A stretch of 64,000 bases of DNA from Paraspadella gotoi (taxonomy: Eukaryota; Animalia; Chaetognatha): the NCBI GenBank assembly GCA_051294375.1, contig CM119271.1, forward strand, positions 7,131,632 to 7,195,631, written 5' to 3'. The notes beneath the pieces are model-generated. The model made no database searches and was not told where the DNA came from. It saw only the letters and a program-made list of their open reading frames with translations. Of the stretch, positions 1 through 12,962 are shown piece by piece; position 1 is the first letter of the stretch, and each line of letters begins with the position of its first letter. The translations under genes and the position numbers were made by a program.

Positions 1-1133
1 CGTTAACGATCTTTTTTCGTACATCATTAACCAAATTGGCAAATCGGCTTGATGCAAGGTCTCTCCTCTGTCAGAAATACACTTTTTTCTCTTCTCTCCT
101 TCATCTGTCTGTCCTCTCCCTTTTCCTCTCTCGCTCTCGCTCTCTCGCTCTCTCTCGTTCCTCCGTTGAACCCAAAAGTAGTCGTTTCAGCCCGATCTTT
201 GCCGTCGAAAAGGAAGACAACTTATTTTAATTACTTTTTGCGCCATTCTCGCAAATTGGTTTTGTGTTCACAATTTTTTTTTTTTTTTTTTTTTAATGAT
301 TTTCGGGTCGAAATAGAGAAAACTATTATAGTAATTATATGCGCATACATAGTAATCCTGTATCGGGGGGGTTTCCATATTTCCTTGTAGTACTTCCCTA
401 ATCCGAGCGAACTTTGCATTAAATAGATTTAGCTTTATGATTTGAATTCGGAACATACGATCATCCGAAATATTTTGAAAAAAAAAAAAAAAAAAATACA
501 AAAAAACTGAAAGAAAAGAAAAGAAGGAAAAGCCGAAGGCACAAATTTTTTTTCTTCAACATCGAGCAGGTTTTCGCATTTTGTCTCGTTTCTTCACTTA
601 CTGTTATGCCTCGGATCACGAGCCTCCTCTCCGAGGTACGGCCCACGCCGGCCCTGGCCTCCGCATCCGGGGACCGTCGCCACCGCACTGCGCGGCAAGG
701 ATGACCGCTCCTGGATCTTCAGAATCCACCCGCCACCGTTTAAGCGTGTCTGGGCGTTGAAACGGTTCCATCATGCATTCCATCTGCTGTCCTCATCGGG
801 TGTGGCATTAATGCGCCGGCACTAATCGTCCTGAGCGAATTGCATCTATCATCGTTGGAAGCTTTTGATCAGCAACTATTACGACTCAAGTCTCAATATC
901 AGAGACGGGATAGCGCGCCGATGAGTCTTGATAAAATAGAGAGAGAGAAATACAGATAAGAGAGAATGACAGATAGGAGAGTGAAGAGAGAGTTGACTGG
1001 TGAAGTGAAATCGTAAAAGTCCATCACCAGAATCGATTTCATGACGTCGGCGATAATGGGGAAAAAACACTTCATTATTAGAGCAATAGTACAGCGAAAA
1101 CGGCAATGAGAGAGAGAGAGAGAGAGAAAGAGA

Positions 1134-1180
<47 letters not shown>

Positions 1181-4100
1181 GAGAGAAGAGAGAGAGAAGG
1201 ACTTTTCTACCGAAAATGTCAACGGAATTCGCCGACCCAAGGAGCGGAAAAAAACGGCGTGAAATTGCGAGAATAAAAATTTAATTGGAATTCGGCACCA
1301 AAAAAAATTAAAGGGGGAGGACAGCGCGAGAGGAAAACCAAACAAAGGAAAAAACGAAATTTTTTGGTCAGTTTTTTTCTAATTTTTTGGTCAGTTTGAC
1401 CAAAAGACGGGGATCGTCTGCCATCAGCTGTAGTTTGGTCGGTTGTTTAACAAATCTTAAAAGGATGACCTTCAAGATCTAACCTTCGACGGATAATTTT
1501 CTTAAATATTATATCACTATCCAATTTGTGTCAGATTTATTTTTAAACCGTGTGAACGCATTATTTGTTCTTATATTTTGAATAATAGAAGTAATTATCG
1601 TTAATAGTATCGATTATATTTCGCCACAAATTATAAGTTACTTTACCCAGCATCTAAACTCTTTCAAATTTCCGCATCTGAGTCAAAAATTACGGTTCAT
1701 AATAGTTATTTTGATTTTTGCATTTCCTTGGGTTTGGCGTAATCCGCCAATATTGTCGAGCAAACAAACCTTTGATCAGCCAGGATCTTTTTTTTTTTTA
1801 AACAGAATCTTTATGCATTTTAAATGTTAAACAAATGGTCTCGAATGTCGGGCACTCATCTTTTTTAAAACGAGATATAAACGAGAAATAAAAACTACTA
1901 CTGCAACAAACCATTTCTTTTCCATTCATCGTGACTTTTTTCTCACAGACGTTTTCGAGAATCGAGAACGGTTCTTTTTGAAGTCGCCGACACTGGATGC
2001 CAAAACTTGGCGCGAAAAGGACAGATCGGCGGGATTATCACGAACGGCCTTTGATGTTGCAGAATCTCCTAATGGCCTGATGTCTAGTCGCATCTATTGA
2101 TCGATTACGTAATTGTTGATTACCAAGGGTTAAAAAACCCATTTGCCAAAGAAAAATAGAGTTGAGGGAACGGACACGTTTCCGATCAGCAAAGAAGCGA
2201 TTTTCTTATTTTTATTTGGAAATGTTGTTTCCAACCTTTTTCGTTGAACGGCTGTCATAAAATCGATATTGTTGAAAGAATCTTTTCCGTTTTCGTTCGG
2301 CATTTTTTCACGTTTAACTTTACATTTCGTTACTTCTGCCTTAGTCTTTTCTGAACAAGCCATGTGGCTACATTTACGGTCATGGAGTCTGGCGAGGAAT
2401 ATGCATGTACAATGTACATTGTACATTAAGTGATTATTACTTTAGTTGCCAATCACGAAAACAGCGGCCTTAGTTTAACTTAATTGATATCCTATCTTAT
2501 TTGATAATAATTATAGGATGGTAAAAGATCAAGATACAACAGTCAGAGCAATGGATATTTACATAGCTCTCACTAAGTTGATAAGAAATCAAGAAACATA
2601 CATAAACTCACCCCATTTCGTATCTGTATGATTCCATGATGAGGCGATTTCCGAAAAATCACGACTTAGTGGAGGCGAAGACAAAAATATTGTTTAATAA
2701 TTGTTAAAAATTATAGGGCCAACCGTTTTTTCAGAATCAACGAAGCGAAAAGAAAAAAAAATAGTGATAAACTTTTATTAAAAAATATTATAGATAAAAT
2801 TATATATATATATATATATTATAAAAAATATGATAACACTTTTATTAAAAGTAATCGATGAAAGAGGAAATGGAGAGAAAAAAAAATTAAATACGTTAAC
2901 TACGAGATGAGGGAAAAAATTTGGAAGTGGCGCAAAAAAAAAGAAAAGTCAGTGGTCCGACGTCGCATCGTCGGCGCGGTCGTCGGCGCATCTTCGGAGA
3001 TGTGCCTTGATCTCGACCAGACATGCCCGGGCTGTCGTCGTCGGCGTCGTTCCCGATCGTCTATCGCTCTCCCATCGACACGTCGGTAGACACTATTCGA
3101 GTCTCGACACGAAGTCGTTGCGACGGAGAAAACAGAATGGAGAAGGAAGGGGATTTAGGAGGAGGAGGAGAGGAGGAAGCCTCCCTTTTTGGATGGGGGA
3201 ATGAGCAACGTGCGGAGGAAAAAAAAAATCTTTAAAAGTGATGATGAAAAGTGAAAAATATCACGACATTTTTTGACTGGATAAGGCCCCTAATCGCTGT
3301 ATTTTCAGAAAACTATTAATATACATTCATTACATTTCAATACAAGTTAAAATAAACTATATATTTTTTTAAAATACTCCTTCGTGAAAAGGAAATTAGA
3401 AAACACGGTGGACACAGGATCTATATCATTATCAACTTTGATATGAGACTAATTTTACAGCATAAAATGGTTTGACCTCTTCAAATGGTAGAAAGATATA
3501 TATAAAAATAAATTTCCTCTTTGTTACTTATTATATATGTAGAGTTGTAACTAGGTTATCCTTCAAATTCTCGTTTTTCCTCTCGGAGATCAAATCGAAA
3601 ACTTTAGCCAGAAAGGTCGGCAAGTGGTCGCGAGGCGAATCGTCAACGCGCGTTGTTTACAACCGCAACTTATTTCGCAGCCAGAAATGCCTTTTTCTTT
3701 AACGGACGATTTTTTTTACTTTAACATATTATGATTGCTTGTATGTATAATTATATATCATATACAGAAGCGTCATATTATATTAAAATGACAGAAATTG
3801 AGAGCGCATTTAAATACGAAGTCTTCTGTATTTGTATATTCATTCTGAATTTTATAGACAAACTCCTTTTTAACGTTACTTTGCAATTTAAAAAAATTTT
3901 TAATGTCATTAACATGTCAATTGAGATAGTGGGTGGGAAAATATTTTTCCGTAAGTCGTTAAGTTACTTTGACTACTTCCATTACACCTGAACTGTTAGA
4001 TACTAATAATGGTAAAATAGAGCTCCGGTTTATCGTTATTTTTCATAAATGCAGTTTTTTAAGACAAAATCATAAAAGACGGATTACAATCAAGATAGCG

Positions 4101-4798
4101 ATAAATTAATTTACATGACGTTAACATAAACATGAGACTCGTAAAAAAGAAACATGTAAATCAAATCCTTAATTGAACTCTGAGGTTTTTTTTTCACTTA
4201 AGAACGAAAAAGTGTAACTCGCGTATAAAAAAACTAAAAATCTCGAAATGCGTAACAATTAGAAAATACTGTACAGGTCGGAAAAACCGGAAGCAGAAAA
4301 ATGTAACAACTGTATAATGTATTATAACACCAGACGTTTAGGATGCTTCCGTCGGATCCTCACCGCACGATATTTTTTAGAATATTTTGAAATTTGTACT
4401 AGTCTGAAATAAAGAAAAACACGCTGAGAGCACCAATTAATTCAAATTCATAAATAATTTAATAACTCGAGGCCGCGACGATGAATCCGGGAAAACTTTT
4501 GAAAAATAATAAAAATATAAATTATATAAAATACTGGAAAATAAATGCCATAAATTATATATAATCAGACTAGAATCGAGGCAAATTTCCAACAATCCAA
4601 AAAGGTTTTTCGGGAAATAAAAAGGCAGAATTACAGAAAAAAACGAAATACCGACAAACGGATTGATAGAAGACGCTTTACTTTTAGCTAAATATGAATC
4701 TACATAATTTGAAAGGTTTCATAATCGCGCCAAATCGATCTTCCCCGAATCGCTAAAAATAAGTATAATGTAAAAAAGGAGCGAAGCCGAAGGACGCA

Positions 4799-4835
<37 letters not shown>

Positions 4836-5654
4836 CTCAGGTGGTCCTCGTCTCTCGGGCCACAAAGAAAAGGGAGGGAGGTNNNNNNNNNNNNNNNNNN
4901 NNNNNNNNNNNNNNNNNNNNNNNNNNNNNNNNNNNNNNNNNNNNNNNNNNNNNNNNNNNNNNNNNNNNNNNNNNNNNNNNNNNNNNNNNNNNNNNNNNNN
5001 NNNNNNNNNNNNNNNNNNNNNNNNNNNNNNNNNNNNNNNNNNNNNNNNNNNNNNNNNNNNNNNNNNNNNNNNNNNNNNNNNNNNNNNNNNNNNNNNNNNN
5101 NNNNNNNNNNNNNNNNNNNNNNNNNNNNNNNNNNNNNNNNNNNNNNNNNNNNNNNNNNNNNNNNNNNNNNNNNNNNNNNNNNNNNNNNNNNNNNNNNNNN
5201 NNNNNNNNNNNNNNNNNNNNNNNNNNNNNNNNNNNNNNNNNNNNNNNNNNNNNNNNNNNNNNNNNNNNNNNNNNNNNNNNNNNNNNNNNNNNNNNNNNNN
5301 NNNNNNNNNNNNNNNNNNNNNNNNNNNNNNNNNNNNNNNNNNNNNNNNNNNNNNNNNNNNNNNNNNNNNNNNNNNNNNNNNNNNNNNNNNNNNNNNNNNN
5401 NNNNNNNNNNNNNNNNNNNNNNNNNNNNNNNNNNNNNNNNNNNNNNNNNNNNNNNNNNNNNNNNNNNNNNNNNNNNNNNNNNNNNNNNNNNNNNNNNNNN
5501 NNNNNNNNNNNNNNNNNNNNNNNNNNNNNNNNNNNNNNNNNNNNNNNNNNNNNNATCGGAGCTTCGATTCGAACGATGCTCATCTCTATATATACATAGA
5601 TATATAGATAGATAAAGAGAGAGATAACAAGTTCTATATTATTTGTTTTTTCCA

Positions 5655-6030
5655 TTCCCTTTCCCTTTCTTTCCCTTCTCTTCTCTTCTCTTCTCTTCTC
5701 TTCTCTTCCCTTCCTATCCCTCTCTTCCTTTCCCTTCCCTTCCTTTTCCTCTCTTCTCTTCCCTTTCTTTTCCTTTTCCTCCCTTCTCTTTCCTTCCCTT
5801 TCTTTCCCTCTCTTCTCTTCCCTTCTCTTCCCTCTCTTTTCCTTTCCTTCCTCTTCCCTTCTCCTCAATTCCCTTCTCTTCCATCCCCTTCCTCCTCCCT
5901 TCCCTTCTCCTCCCTTCCCTTCTCCACCCATCCCTTCCTCTTCCCTTCCTCTACCCTTCCTCTTTCCTTCCCTTCTCCCCCCCATCCCTTCCCTCACCTT
6001 CCCTCTCCACTTCCCCCTTTTTCTCCTCCA
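5655..6030. repeat. Polypyrimidine low-complexity tract (CTT/CCCTT)
   Basis: Pure C/T tract. (AG)n microsatellites also occur at ~1108-1198, 14962-15005, 29622-29669, 31660-31708 and 40178-40224. Confidence 0.9.
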
Positions 6031-6031
6031 G

Positions 6032-9000
6032 AATCCGCCGCCTTCTTCGCCGCCTCCTTCTCCGTCGCCAGAGAGAATGAAAAAGGAGAAGAGAAAATCC
6101 AACGAATTCCGGTACAAACTATTTTTTTCGTTTTTATCAACAATTTCTCCAAAACAATTTTTTTTTCGTTCTTTTTTTCACTTCGTTTCTCTTTTCTAAA
6201 TCACAAACGCCGCAGTTTCGGTGGTTTTCACTCATTTTTCCTTTTTCTTTGCTATTTTTTTTCACAGATCTCATTTTTTTAAATCTTTTTCACGCTTCCT
6301 TTTTTTTCCGTCTCACCGTTTCAAATTTTAAAAAAATGTAAAATTACCAAAAAAGGAAAACGGGAACGCATAAAAATATCAGTTTATAAATAAGTAAATA
6401 AATTATTGTATAAATATTTGAAAGAAAAAAAAATAATAAATTGAGAATAAAAGAAAGATAAATATCGGCGTAAAGAAAGATCCAAAGGAATCGCAGAAGA
6501 AATCGTTTGTCGCTTTCTCGTTTGGCATCGACTGGGTCAGGATCGAAATGCCACTCGGCCGCCGAAGGAAGTCACACGATTCGTTGGCCTCTGGTTTTTT
6601 TCCCATCGACCTTTTTTTTTTGTTGCCTCCGAAATCACAAAATGATCATCGAAAGGATTTAGTTTTATTTGTTCGTTTCTTTGTTCTCGTCCGAAGTTAA
6701 ACTTAAAGCGAAAAAAAAAGACCTTTCTTTTTATCCTGTGTTTACGAAGCGCAAACACGGCAAACTAGCGTGGTGCTCTTTTGTTTATTTTTTGTATTAC
6801 GCGAACTCTCCTTATACGGAAACCCTCTTCGAAGGAAACAAAAGACTCCTAGAGACACCAAACGTTTCTTCATAGAAGCGCGAACGAATTTTCGGTTTTT
6901 GTTTGAGATTTTGCAGTAGAATTTCGTGTACATTTAACGTACAATTATTTTACGTGATCTCTATTTTTTATTATTAGACATGGTAACCATTTTATACAAA
7001 ATAAATTATTTCTATTTGAAAACTTTTTATTTTTGAAAAAAGGGAAACGATAATTAAACTGTACTATATTTTTCCTCCTTTCTTTTCCCCACCTTCAGCC
7101 CCGACAAGCCTTGGCGAGCGCCATCCCCCTCCAAGGACAGGTCCCGCCCGCGAGTCGAAAAGACTCGATCGACCGGGGATCGAACCCGCCCTTCCCCGGC
7201 CGAGGATCGCTCCCGCCCTCTCCCGGCCGAGCGACGAAGCCTCCGAAAAAACAAAATTTCTCGTCGCGACTTTGAAACTAATTCTGGCGAATTTTCTCGA
7301 AGATCCGACAAGACGAGCGGTCGGGACGAAACTTCCAACTCCGCCTCCAACGCCGCTGCCGCGTATTCCGCAGCGGCGGCTGCTTCGTTGCCCAAAACCG
7401 CTCATGCCAGTCCGCCGCTCGTCCCTTCCGACTTGACGTCCCCGTCGTCGTCGTCGACGCCGTCGTCGTCGTCGTCTCCGCGTCGCCAGACCAAACAATC
7501 CCATCGTCGTTTCGACGCTCGCCCGACTCCCCTTTGCTCCTTTCCGCGTCCGGCGGTCGTCTTCCCGTCCGTCCCTTCCACCGGCGAGGACGACAACCCC
7601 ATCTACGAAGAGTTGGAGACGCCGCCGAGCCGTCAGCGCCGAACTTTGACGCCGCCGGCGTCGGAATTGGCCGGCTTCCTGCTCGAGGATCCTCCCAACT
7701 TCACGCCGCCGTCGCCCATCGTTTCGCCGTCGCCGGCCGCGAGTCCAGAGTTGCGGCGGAGGACGTCGAAGAGATCGTCGACGAAGACGCGGAGGACGAA
7801 GGGCGACGAGGACGACGACGACGACGGACGCGGACAGCTCGATCCGCGCGGCCGCAGCCCGCCGGCTGCTTCGCTGCGGCCGCCGTTCGGCGTCTGCGTG
7901 CTGCCTCCCATGCCCAACGCCGCCGGTGGAGCGAAGCTCAAACACGTACAAGGGGCGCACGTGACCCAAAACGGAGTCGTCGCTTCCACGCTCGTCCACG
8001 CCAACTTCAAGGCCAACGGTAGGGATTGGGACTTACAATGTTAGTTACTGTTGCTAGTAACCTTATGGAGCTCATTGAAAAATCGATTTAGCTAATTTTC
8101 TTCGGACTATATTTCATAAACAATTCGACACTTCAAGCTCATCTGTATTCAATTTCTTCTCTTTTCAATTTCCATATTTACAGACGACAAAAACAACTCT
8201 TCCCCTTCCTCCTCCTCCTCTTCCTCCTCTCACCGACCAAAGCCTCAAAAATCAGACTACGAAGTCCCGGAGCCTCCGGCGCCACCGCCGCCCATTCCGC
8301 ATAAAGGTCATCCTCAACGCGACGGCAACACCGCCGCCGCAGCAGCAGCAGCCGCTTCAATCGCCAGCATCTCTACTCGGGATTTGCAGTCGGTAACGCT
8401 GAGGAAGACGCAGAGACGAGAGAGGGCGGAGGCTAATTACGACTCGCCCATTAGGTGAGATGTGTTTTTGGAAATTATTTTTGTAAATATAAAAATAAAT
8501 ATTAGGAAAAATACGTATAACCAAAAGAAATTACTTTAAGCTATTGGTAATGAATCTTTACTAATAGTGCTAATCTGCCTTTGACATGTCTAGTTTTTGT
8601 CTACTGTATACAGCTCCATTTTCTGTCATTATTTTGGCAATTTATGGTATTTATTTCTTTATTTATTTATTTCTCAATTGTTCTTAGAATTATATTCATT
8701 AAGCCAGTTTATGTTTTTCATATATGCACTTTGCACATAGCACGATGTCGTTAAACTCTCCCCGCAGGGACCAATTCCACAATCCCCTCTGCCCGAAACG
8801 GAACATGGATTTGATCGCCGAGTTGAAGCGCGTCAACGGCTGCATGGAGAGTCTCCGCCGCATGAAGGACCGATCGACGCCGTCAGCCGCAGTCGCCGCC
8901 GTCCCGCCCGCTTCCAAGGAGAAGCCTCTTCTCAAATACATGAGAGGAGAAGGGGATGGGGAGACGGCGGCGACGACGACGACGGCGATGGAAAAAACGT

Positions 9001-10441
9001 CACCGAAAGTGACGCCGCCGACGCCGAGAGGAAAGAGACTTGGGGAAGAAAATAAAGTGGAAAATAAGACGACGACGACGACGACGACGACGATCAAAGA
9101 TTCGCGGGTCAATGGGTTCAAGGACGAAGAAAAGACGAGAACGAGGGAGGGAGGAAGAGAGGGGGGGAAAGAGGGAGGGAGAGAGAGAGGAAATCCTTCG
9201 CCAAAGCAGAAGAAAAAAGAACAGGGGACGACGACGTCTCCAACGACGATGACGACGACGACGACGACGACGATTGGAACGAAAAGCTCCGAGTCTTATT
9301 TAGATCAGGTAAAAATTATGGGAAAATGTATTGATATTTTTCTACCATTACGATTTCAACGACACTTGCTCGTTTTTGATGGTTACGATCACAATAATAT
9401 CGTGTTCAGTTCAATTTGCTTGGGTATGGAACGTAACAGGATTCGTTAGACGTCGCATAATTTCGTCCAATGTCTGTTCAATTTTTAGTCTTTGCTATTT
9501 AGAAATATTCTTGATAAAATATTGCTTTCTATTTGGCTTTTTTGCTTTCTACGAATTGCGGTAAAATGATAGGACTTTCTTTCCTATTTAAAACTCTCCA
9601 GATTTCACCTATGAGTAGTTTATTTCATATAAAAAATTTGATACTATGACACACATAAACACGATTATAAAAGCTATTCTAGTTTAAAATAAAACCAACC
9701 ATTTGCACTTTGATCTAGGTTCCCACAATTGACGCTCGTGGTAACGCTATTCCCCCTTGGAAGCGACATCTGATGGCCAAACAAATCGCGGAAAAATCGG
9801 AAAAAGAAGAACAACAGAAGCGGAAAAAACAAGAAGAGGAGGCCAGGTAAAAAAAAAATGTCTACGTTAGTTGGATTAGTCGCCGCGATTGTTATGAAAT
9901 TGGTACAACCAATATAAAAATTATCCATTCATTTAATAAATAAGCTATCTTGCCCCTGACTTTGGACAGGCTTTGGTGGTTTAAGGCCTCCATCACTCTT
10001 ACAAGATAATGACATAGCAGGTCCCTGCAAGCTTTCAATCAAGACTCTCTCACAGTCTCGTTTATTCACTCCCTGAGTACCTGGCTTCGCTATCAATGAA
10101 GTGGTATAATATTTCAAAGAATGTTTCTATTGTATGAAAAGACCACTCCATTAAGTATTATATGTTTATCTCGATGCAGTAAACCATGGCAATGATTAAT
10201 AATTTCCTCTTCATCTCTTTCCGACTTGTTTGTTCTTCCATCTCTCGCACCAACCAGATTCGCCAACGTGCCCGCCTGGAAGCGCGAGTTGATTCTGAAG
10301 AAGGAGGCGCAGGCGTTGGCGGAGCAGGCGGGCGTGGAGGCGGCGATGGCGGCGGCGATGAAGGATGAGAAGGAAGATAAGAAGAAGTCCCCGCTTAAGG
10401 AGAAGGGAATCCTGGGACAATGGGAAGGGAAGAAAACTTAA
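6032..10441 (+). CDS. espn: Espin/forked-like actin-bundling protein, 3' exons (5' part upstream or in the N-gap)
   Basis: Phase-consistent GT-AG exons at 6032-6111, 7099-8018, 8184-8454, 8741-9308, 9719-9846 and 10258-10441 (TAA). Pro/Ser-rich region and WH2-like motifs (DLQSVTLRKT; NMDLIAELK...SLRR). The C-terminus VPTIDARGNAIPPWKRHLMAKQIAEK...EEEARFANVPAWKRELILKK matches the espin actin-bundling module pattern (PT.D..G..IP.WKR...EEEARLA..PAWRR.LL.KK). Confidence 0.82.
9892..10154 (-). repeat. Dispersed ~260-bp repeat in an espin intron; inverted copy at ~56088-56343
   Basis: Near-identical reverse complement of 56088-56343 (e.g. ttatgaaattggtacaaccaatata...gaaaagaccactcc). Confidence 0.85.
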
Positions 10442-12770
10442 GGGGAGGAAGGAAGGAGGGTAGTAAAAGGGGAGATTAATAATTATGTACGAATGATAAT
10501 AATATTTAAAGAAATTCAGCTTTGGGACGAATTTTAAACTGTATAAAAAAAAAATGCTGTCGGACGAGAAGTAATGAGTCGTTTTTTGTCTGCAATATTT
10601 GTAAGCTCATTCTTTAAACGTCATCACAATCACAAGGTGTATAAATGAATATAATATTGAGATAGTTTTTTCATTATGATATAACTATTTTGCAATATAC
10701 CGTAATTTGTCAATCGTCGTATATTTTTTTGACATCATGAGTGGTAAAGAATCGGCAACAGAGGTTGTTGCCGGTTCCTGTTTCTTTACCACAGAATATG
10801 TCATAAATGACGAAATATCTGAAAAAAATATTTTTTGGATTCTCGTGCAGTTATCTCATAATGAAAAACTGTTTCATATCGAATAAAACAAAAAATTTGT
10901 ATTTCAATCACGTTAGTTGAATTTTTTTTTTTAGAATTTCATTATAACATTTCTCAGCATGGTAAAATGACTGAATTAAAAAGTTGAATCTTTTTTAACA
11001 TATGTAAAATAACGATTTGTACAGAAAATAATGTGTGGTATTGTGTTGAAATGTACAGAAATTAAAACTGGCTTACTTATTTTAAAATTAAATAGTCACC
11101 TTCTACAGTCTTCATTTTCTTAATTTGACTTTTTAACCAAATCAGAGATTCAAATGCGTTGATTAAATTTAAAAGAAGATAGTGTCTTAAAATATTTTTC
11201 AGTTTATCTTCTGGATAATCTTTTCTAGAATTTTCCTAACTAGCCCAATGTTAAAACAAGAATAGTGATTTCAATGTGTTGGGCCGCAGTTACTTTATAT
11301 TCATGTGTAATTGTGTATTTCCCTTTGATCACATATGACATGACATGACTAACAAACTTTCTTTTCCCGTGTATTTATAACATGCACTGCATCAAAATTT
11401 GTCTTTTCTTCCTTATAATTTTAGGAATCCCTGAAGGCGGCGCTAGCATTCCCTTAGATTTGAGGCTTTTTTCTGTCTTAACAAATGAGCAACCAACTAA
11501 AGGCAAATTATATACATTTTTAACTAAGAGGGACGGACCGACGAAGACATACCGACCGACGGACGGAGCGACCGACATAAGTTACATTAAAATAGAAAAT
11601 ATCGGTTCAATTGTCGATGGTCCATTCTCAGGGACAGCGTCGAACCCAACCTGTGGTCAAATTTATGAAGGCTTCCACAGGCTGAGGATTGACACTGGGA
11701 CCGAGAAATGGATTGTTTATGCAGAGTTTTAAACGAATGAGCGATTCGTGGCCGATTTGACTTCTTATTTTTTGGTTCAAGTTGGTTGGCGACTTCGCCA
11801 TGGCGATGTCGCCAGTCCCCCCACTATTTGAATGAACTACAACTTAGGTTTTGTTCGTAGGACAATTATTATATTCATTATAACTATTTTTATGCCGAAG
11901 GAATAAACTTTTTTTCCCTTTTCACGGCGAAATTTCTACATGTTTCAAACAGCCTTATTTCTTATGTTTTGTATCAATTCGATAGTAATTTACCAATCAA
12001 CAAACATTGAGAAGAAATAAATTTTTTTGAATTTGACAGATAAGACTTTTTCGTTTTGGCTTTCGTTACATTTGTTTGATGTTTATTGTTTATCTTTACC
12101 CACTAAAATTTTAACTAAAATTTGAGACATACCTTACTTACAAAACACGGTCCTGCAAAAAATTTTAAGTCAATGAGGCAGTGAATAAATAATAATTTTA
12201 ATAATAAATAATTAATAAATTAATAAATAATTAATAATTAATAAATAAATAATAGTAATATTTTTTTCAAAATGAATTGTAATTTTGGCGAATTAGCAAT
12301 TGGTAGATATTTTTAATATTTTCTTTCTATATTTTTTCTTTAATTATGTAATTTTTGAGGCGCAAATATAAGAATGCAAAATGCATTAAATATATAAAGT
12401 ATATGAACTTCATGTACTTAACTCTTTTGTATTGATACATCTGAAAGATATCAATCAACTAATTTTATAATACCGTATACCGGGTCCGCGCGCTCTTTTG
12501 GAAATAATTAAAAAAAATCATTTGAAGTAGTAAAAATCATTTTTTTTCTTAAAAATTGGCATAAGTGTGAGAAAATGTTTCGGGAACATATTCGCATTAT
12601 CATAATCCTAATTGACAAGTATCGCTCTCGATAAATGACCACAAAGGCAAGGACAGTTTTTTGAAACTGCGCACCGCCAAACTGACCAAATTGCTGCTGT
12701 ATTAGGAAACCAGTGATGATGTAACGTTGTACTAATATTAGTTGATATTGCGGCGGTATATTCAATCCAT

Positions 12771-12962
12771 TGGCTCAGAGGGGGAACACTCCATCCCAGG
12801 CGTAGTGTTCTTATCCGACTTCCCTCTGCGTTGGCAAAGCGAAACCGTCCTAGGGTAACCGCGCCAGTGATTGGAGGCGTCACTGAGGGTCCGATGCCCC
12901 CAAAGCCAACAGTGAGATGCCCCATCCCAATGGGCATCACAGGCAACCCGGCTGTTGCCATA
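12771..12962 (+). mobile_element. Degenerate tRNA-headed SINE-like element with a decayed type-P5 twister fold
   Basis: A-box-like TGGCTCAGAGG at 12771. Segment 12830-12910 reads GTTGGC-AAA-GCGA-AA-CCG-TCCTAGGG-TAA-CCGC-GC-CAGTGA..TCACTG-A-GGG-TCCGATGC-CCC-CAAA-GCCAAC. Confidence 0.5.

Noticed and set aside
4837-6117. Long ORFs of 426, 252 and 145 aa
   Set aside because: Artefacts of the N-gap and the C/T low-complexity tract.
7054-8022. Overlapping minus-strand and alternative-frame ORFs (311, 162 and 127 aa)
   Set aside because: Shadows of the GC-rich espin exon.
11382-11732. 116-aa ORF with hydrophobic N-terminus as another V exon
   Set aside because: No C-x(5-8)-W pattern, no terminal Arg donor, no upstream motif, and it overlaps a GACC/GACG simple repeat.
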